A program made the position numbers and the translations under genes. Shown here in pieces: positions 58,947-64,000 of a DNA stretch of 64,000 bases. Numbering within the stretch: position 1 is the first letter of the stretch; each line of letters starts with the position of its first letter. The notes beneath the pieces were generated by a model. That model worked only from the letters and a program-made list of their open reading frames with translations, made no database searches and was not told the origin of the DNA. The stretch is from Patescibacteria group bacterium (lineage in GTDB: Bacteria > Patescibacteriota > Patescibacteriia > UBA2591 > JAQUPP01). The stretch spans positions 192,467 through 256,466 of the forward strand of contig JAQUPP010000001.1 of assembly GCA_028716665.1 (NCBI GenBank). Reading direction: 5' to 3'.

Positions 58947-59621
58947 ATGAGAAAAGAAATTAAAAAACATAGTGATAAAAATGCTTTCAGAGGTATGAAT
59001 AGATATTTTAATGCGGACCTTGTTGTTGATTCAAATTCATGGGAAGAGTTATTTGAAAATTTAGAAAGATATAAAATTTCATCAAATTTTAAAAATCAAT
59101 CATTTAACGAATACAAATTATTTAATTTAACCATTAAAATAGAATATAAATTAACCATGATACTTGAATTATTTTTAAAAGAGGGAAAATTGGTAAGGTC
59201 AGAAGCGTATAAACATATTTTGGAAACATGCAAAAAATATAGAAGATTGATCACTAAAAAAGAAACTGAGAAACTCTTAAAAAGAGAAATGAAAAATGAT
59301 GATTCAAATCTTTTTAGTCCCCATGTACTATTTTATATCGCTGGATGTGGCCTGGGGGATATTCTCCATATTTTTGAGAATTGCACGGATAATTTTTCAG
59401 ATAAAGATAAAATTGTAAAACAATTAAGAGGCTTTAAAGATAAAAGGAATGATTTTACTCATAATTTGTTATCTAGCAGGATTAATTCATTTAAGCTCTT
59501 ATCAAGAGCATTATTGGTTGGTCAAAAATTATATAATACTTTCGACCAGATGATTGAATCGCATTTTATTCGGGATAGTATTGTTGGTAACAGAATGATT
59601 TACAAATTGAAACTAAATTAA
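58947..59621 (+). CDS. Putative HEPN-domain protein
   Basis: Upstream IE..L helix and R-x4-H motif (KRNDFTH). Confidence 0.5.
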   Translation: MRKEIKKHSDKNAFRGMNRYFNADLVVDSNSWEELFENLERYKISSNFKNQSFNEYKLFNLTIKIEYKLTMILELFLKEGKLVRSEAYKHILETCKKYRRLITKKETEKLLKREMKNDDSNLFSPHVLFYIAGCGLGDILHIFENCTDNFSDKDKIVKQLRGFKDKRNDFTHNLLSSRINSFKLLSRALLVGQKLYNTFDQMIESHFIRDSIVGNRMIYKLKLN

Positions 59622-59746
59622 AACTTTAGACAAGATTTATAATGAATTTAAAATGAGATAAAAATTATTTAATTACTGATTCAAATAACATACAGTAGTA
59701 TATATGTTTATTCTTAGAAAAACATAATTTATTACTAGCCCCATTT

Positions 59747-59855
59747 TTACTCATTGACACTTGCGAAATTCTCTTTATAATTAGCTATAATATTGCTCCA
59801 CAACTTTAAGGTTTCAATCAATTGATTCCAATTTTGAAGCGTCTGGGGTACCAAA
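59747..59855 (-). other. Detached 3' end of the integrase gene (attP-side C-terminus)
   Basis: In frame with the integrase across the GGTACCAAA core: LVP-QTLQNWNQLIETLKLW...VNE*. Confidence 0.75.
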
Positions 59856-59878
59856 TTTAAAATATAAATTGAATCAAT

Positions 59879-60538
59879 ATGATAAGCATTAAAGAAATCA
59901 AAAATAATTCTTATGTCCAGGAATTTATTTATCAAACAGAAATTACTTTGGAAGCTTTAGAATATACCGAGCATGCTTTTCGTCATGCTAATCTAGTCTC
60001 TCAGAGATCAGAGGAAATAGCCAAAAAAATCGGGTTAAGTAAAAAAGAACAAGATATAGCGGCTATTGCCGGATTCTGCCATGATATGGGCAATTTTTTG
60101 GGTCGTCAACAACACCATTATTGGAGCGCCCTTCTTTTTAATCAACTTTTTCAAAAAGATTTTTCTCCCCAAGAATTAGCTTATATTTTACAAGCGATGG
60201 TCAATCATGACAAACAAACAATGAAAATAGTAAATAAAATTTCCGCAATTCTTATCTTGGCCGATAAATCAGATGTTCATCGTTCCAGAGTAACGGTTAA
60301 TGTTAAAAGCGCGAAAGCGGATATCCATGACAGAGTTAATTATGCAACAACCAAATCAGTTCATAAAATTGATCCTAAGAAAAAAAGAATTACCTTAGTT
60401 TTGAAAATTGACACTAAATTTTGTTCAATTATGGAGTATTTTGAAATTTTTACCGAAAGAATGACTTATTGCCGCGAGGCGGCCAATTATTTGGGCTATA
60501 AATTCGGCTTGATTATTAATAATTTTAAACTGCTTTAA
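59879..60538 (+). CDS. HD-domain phosphohydrolase
   Basis: EH..RH, CHDMGN, HD, LADKSD. Confidence 0.9.
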   Translation: MISIKEIKNNSYVQEFIYQTEITLEALEYTEHAFRHANLVSQRSEEIAKKIGLSKKEQDIAAIAGFCHDMGNFLGRQQHHYWSALLFNQLFQKDFSPQELAYILQAMVNHDKQTMKIVNKISAILILADKSDVHRSRVTVNVKSAKADIHDRVNYATTKSVHKIDPKKKRITLVLKIDTKFCSIMEYFEIFTERMTYCREAANYLGYKFGLIINNFKLL

Positions 60539-60539
60539 T

Positions 60540-61091
60540 ATGGTTCGCGAAGAAGCGTTTAAATTGGTTGAAGAAAAAATAAAAACGCCGAATTTGATAA
60601 AACACTGTTTAGCCGTGGAGGTGGTGATGAAAAATTTGGCGAAATATTTTTTCGAAAATGAAGAAAAATGGGCTCTAGCCGGACTTTTGCACGATATTGA
60701 TTACGAAGAAACCAAAACAGACCCTGTAAATCACAGTTTGATTGGAGCGAAATTTTTAGCCGAGAAAGGTATTGAATTGGAAATCATTGAAGCAATAAAA
60801 GCGCATAATGTCATGCACGGACTGCCGCGCCAAAGCCGAATGGCTAAGGCGCTATTTTGTTCCGACCCGATAACAGGTTTGATTGTTGCTTCAACTTTGG
60901 TTTTGCCAAATAAAAAAATATCAGATTTAACCGTAGAAAATATTTTAAATCGTTATAAAGAAAAAGGATTTGCCAAAGGAGCAAATCGAGAACATATTGC
61001 TGCCTGCGATGATTTGAATTTGTCGCAGGAAGAATTTTTTAAAATCAGTTTAGAGGCGATGCAGGGCGCGGCTCAAGAAATAGGATTGTAA
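60540..61091 (+). CDS. HDIG-type HD-domain protein
   Basis: KHCLAVE, GLLHDID, H..., DPITG. Confidence 0.9.
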   Translation: MVREEAFKLVEEKIKTPNLIKHCLAVEVVMKNLAKYFFENEEKWALAGLLHDIDYEETKTDPVNHSLIGAKFLAEKGIELEIIEAIKAHNVMHGLPRQSRMAKALFCSDPITGLIVASTLVLPNKKISDLTVENILNRYKEKGFAKGANREHIAACDDLNLSQEEFFKISLEAMQGAAQEIGL

Positions 61092-61092
61092 T

Positions 61093-61653
61093 ATGATTTT
61101 ATCAACAACGGAAAAAAATATTAAAAAAGCGCGGAAGATTTTAAAAAATGGCGAAGTGATTATTTATCCGACTGATACGCTTTACGGTTTGGGAGCTGAT
61201 ATTTTCAATCAAGAAGCGATTAAAAAAGTTTTTATTCTGAAAGGAAGAAATTTTCAACAGCCGATTTCAGTCATGGTCTCAAGTGTTGGAGATATTAAAA
61301 AAATAGCTCTGGTTAATAAAAATCAAGAACGTTTTATTCAAGCTCTTTTACCCGGACCGTTTACTGTTATTTTAAAAAAGAAAAAAAATATAAATAAGAT
61401 TTTGACCGGCGGAAAGAATACGATCGGCATTCGCATACCGGACTCAAAAATTTGCCAAAAACTTTCTTACAAAATGCCAATAACCGCTACCAGCGCCAAT
61501 ATTTCAGGCCAAAAACAGACCCTGGATGTTAAAAAATTAGCGAATATTTTTGGTGATAAAAAAGTAGAATTGATTTTAAAAGGAAAAAATTTAAGCAATA
61601 AGGCTTCAACAATTATTGATTTGACTGTCAGTCCGCCTAAAATTATAAGATAA
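61093..61653 (+). CDS. tsaC: L-threonylcarbamoyladenylate synthase (TsaC/Sua5/YrdC)
   Basis: YPTDTLYGL, KGR, PGPFT, GIRIP, TSANISG. Confidence 0.93.
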   Translation: MILSTTEKNIKKARKILKNGEVIIYPTDTLYGLGADIFNQEAIKKVFILKGRNFQQPISVMVSSVGDIKKIALVNKNQERFIQALLPGPFTVILKKKKNINKILTGGKNTIGIRIPDSKICQKLSYKMPITATSANISGQKQTLDVKKLANIFGDKKVELILKGKNLSNKASTIIDLTVSPPKIIR

Positions 61654-61661
61654 AAATTTTT

Positions 61662-62837
61662 ATGAATTTAAAAAAACTAAAATTTATACCGGATTTCTCG
61701 CCAAGAAATCTGAGGTTAATTCTAGTTTTTGTTATTTTTATCGGACTTTTGAGTTTTTTATTGGTTTTTTCAAAAAAGGCAGAAATGGATATTAAAAAAT
61801 TAGAACAAGGAATGGGACTTGAAATAAAGCGAATAGGTCATCGAGGTCCTGTTCTCACAAAAGGCATTTATGTTTCCGGCTGGACAGCCAGTGAACCGAA
61901 AATGATGGAAGAATTGATAAATTTGGTTGATCGAACGGAACTAAACGCTATTGTCATAGATATTAAAGATTCAAGCGGAAAAATAACTTATAACAGTAAA
62001 ATTCCTCAAGTTGAAAAATTAGGAACCAAAGAAATAAAAATTAGAGATTTAGGTGGTTTGATCAGAAAACTTCATTTTTATAAAATTTATGTTATTGCCA
62101 GAATTCCTATTTTTCAAGATCCAATTTTGGCTCAAAAAAATCCGGCCTTGGCTTTAAAAAATGGGCAAGGGCAAATTTGGAAAGATAATAAAGGTTTGTC
62201 ATGGGTTGATCCGGCCTCGGAAGAAGTTTGGGCTTATAACATAGAACTGGCCAAAGAAGTATTTGCGCAGGGCTTTGACGAAGTTAATTTTGATTATGTT
62301 CGTTTTCCTTCCGACGGTAAAATTACAAACATTGTTTATCCTTTTTGGGATAATAAAACTCCCAAAAATGAAGTTATTAAAAAGTTTTTCGAATATCAAA
62401 ATAAAGAATTGGTAAATTTAGGGCCAACCTCGGTTGATCTTTTCGGTATGACTTTTTGGCACACCACGGATGATAGTGATATGAATATCGGTCAAAGATT
62501 GGAGGATGCGTTGCCGTATTTTGATTTTATATGCCCGATGCTTTACCCGTCTCATTTTCCAAATAATTTTAACGGATTTAAAAATCCGGCTGAATATCCT
62601 TATGAAATAATTTCTCAAAGTTTGAAATCAGCTGAACCGCTTTTTATGGATTCCGAAGGCAAGAGAATTGTCAAACCGAAAGTCAGGCCGTGGATTCAAG
62701 CTTTTGATATCGGCGCCAAATATACGCCGGATATGATTTTAAAACAAAAACAAGCCGTGACTGACGGTGAAGGTTATGGCTGGCTTTTATGGAATGCCTC
62801 CAATAATTATTCTAAAATTGAATCGGCTTTAAAATAA
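61662..62837 (+). CDS. Putative glycoside hydrolase (DUF4015-like)
   Basis: KGIYV, NAIVIDIKD, FDEVNFDYVRFP, PMLYPSH, RPWIQAF. Confidence 0.85.
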   Translation: MNLKKLKFIPDFSPRNLRLILVFVIFIGLLSFLLVFSKKAEMDIKKLEQGMGLEIKRIGHRGPVLTKGIYVSGWTASEPKMMEELINLVDRTELNAIVIDIKDSSGKITYNSKIPQVEKLGTKEIKIRDLGGLIRKLHFYKIYVIARIPIFQDPILAQKNPALALKNGQGQIWKDNKGLSWVDPASEEVWAYNIELAKEVFAQGFDEVNFDYVRFPSDGKITNIVYPFWDNKTPKNEVIKKFFEYQNKELVNLGPTSVDLFGMTFWHTTDDSDMNIGQRLEDALPYFDFICPMLYPSHFPNNFNGFKNPAEYPYEIISQSLKSAEPLFMDSEGKRIVKPKVRPWIQAFDIGAKYTPDMILKQKQAVTDGEGYGWLLWNASNNYSKIESALK

Positions 62838-62844
62838 ATATAAT

Positions 62845-63186
62845 ATGAAACAAAGAATTGAAAAAATCAATGAATTGATAAAACGAGAAATGAGTCAAAT
62901 CATAGTTCGGGAAATTGAAGCGCCGGACGGATCTTTAATTACCATCACCAGAGTGGAAACATCCGAGGATTTAAGTGACGCGAAAATATTAATCAGCATC
63001 TTTCCTTTTAATCATAGCAAGAAAGTACTTTTTATATTATTGAAAAGGATTGGCGAGATACAGGGTTTTTTAAATCGTCGTTTGGCAATGCGCCCTTTGC
63101 CGAGAATAAGATTTGTCATAGATGAAACAGAAGAAAAAGCCAGCCAAATTGAACATGTTTTGAATAAAATCAAAAAAGAATCCTAA
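62845..63186 (+). CDS. rbfA: Ribosome-binding factor A
   Basis: ITITRVETS.DL..AK, MRPLPRIRF..D. Confidence 0.92.
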   Translation: MKQRIEKINELIKREMSQIIVREIEAPDGSLITITRVETSEDLSDAKILISIFPFNHSKKVLFILLKRIGEIQGFLNRRLAMRPLPRIRFVIDETEEKASQIEHVLNKIKKES

Positions 63187-63584
63187 ACTATAAATAGTTA
63201 TCCACATTTAATTTAAATTGACAATTTGGATTGGATGTGTTATGTTGTTTACAGTTAGTGAAATCTTAAGCATTTATTGCTTTTGACTTTAAAATGTCAG
63301 TTGAAGAACGTTTTATCGGTTTTCAAAGAAAAAAATAGGTGAATTCAATTCAATCAGTTGATTTCTGAAATTAAATCTATAATTAAATTATTATAATATA
63401 TTTTAGCCTGAAATAACAATTTTTGCCTCTCAACTTCTCTTATTAAGAGGGTTTGGAAAATATTTTAAAATTAAATTTTCTTAAAATAAAAAGGGCAGAA
63501 AGTCACAAAAGGCGAGTATTATCTAATTTTTTTCTTTGAAAACCGAGTATAACACTGGGTTTTTTATTTATTTAATTTAAAATT

Positions 63585-64000
63585 ATGATTTATTTGATGA
63601 TTATTTTTGTTCTTGCTTTTGGAGTTTTTGTCGGTTATTTATTGCGTCGGCAAATCGGTCAATATCAAGTTGACTCCGCCGAAGCCAAGGCGAAAAATAT
63701 TTTAGCCAAGGCTAAAACAAGAGAGCAGGAAATGTTTTTCAAGGCCAAAGAAGAAAGTTTGGAAATTCTTGAAAGAGCCAAAAAAGAAGAATTGGTTTGG
63801 CGTCAAGAATTGAAAATAGCGGAAGAAAGATTGGAAAAAAGACAATCTGTTTTTGAAAAGAAAATTTTAGAAATAGAAGACCAACATAAAGAAATTGCCA
63901 AAACCACTCAAAAACTTGAAGAAGCAAAAATTAAAATTCGTACTCTTTATGATCAGGCAAAACAAGAATTGGAAAGAGTTGCAGGATTAAGCATTGATGA
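63585..64000 (+). CDS. rny: Ribonuclease Y, N-terminal part (runs off the window)
   Basis: N-terminal TM, coiled coil, ends ELERVAGLS; catalytic domains are not in the window. Confidence 0.8.
   Translation, partial: MIYLMIIFVLAFGVFVGYLLRRQIGQYQVDSAEAKAKNILAKAKTREQEMFFKAKEESLEILERAKKEELVWRQELKIAEERLEKRQSVFEKKILEIEDQHKEIAKTTQKLEEAKIKIRTLYDQAKQELERVAGLSID

Larger units (their letters stand above)
49234..59855. mobile_element. ~10.6 kb genomic island integrated at the tRNA-Glu 3' end
   Basis: GGTACCAAA direct repeat at 49234-49242 and 59847-59855; integrase at the left end; no core genes inside. Confidence 0.85.

Noticed and set aside
49243-59846. Prophage or conjugative element
   Set aside because: No structural, terminase, relaxase or T4SS genes recognised.
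59747-59935. Independent 62-aa gene
   Set aside because: Its 5' part lies outside the att core and is antisense to the HD gene; better explained as the integrase tail.
63187-63584. 6S RNA or oriC upstream of rny
   Set aside because: The position is suggestive, but I could not build a convincing 6S rod and see only one perfect DnaA box.

Overview
AT-rich bacterial chromosome segment (code 11), most consistent with Patescibacteria/CPR. This assignment is an inference from a DUF5663-like ORF, shortened AlaS/ProS/ValS/SMC, core genes lacking Shine-Dalgarno sites and tRNA-Arg(GCG). The backbone holds housekeeping genes (recG, alaS, typA, holB, frr, rseP, proS, mreB, smc, rnc, nusB, rpmF, dnaA, pilB/gspE, valS, tsaE, tsaD, tsaC, rbfA, rny) and 4 tRNAs. 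Overlaid on it is a dense layer of small selfish or accessory DNA. (1) GIY-YIG genes sit between a tRNA and an upstream copy of that tRNA's 5' end that is interrupted in the D-arm by twin hairpins; this is seen at two tRNAs, with three interrupted copies. (2) A ~10.6 kb island at tRNA-Glu has a serine integrase split by its att site, so excision would swap the C-terminus; the cargo includes an HNH plus large helical protein pair, a HEPN-like ORF and a structured RNA. (3) A repeat-flanked GxxExxY nuclease is fused in-frame inside RecG. (4) Three MITEs sit at promoter -35 boxes or at a start codon. (5) There is a probable remote DGR target gene. All family calls come from motif recognition by eye; no searches were run.
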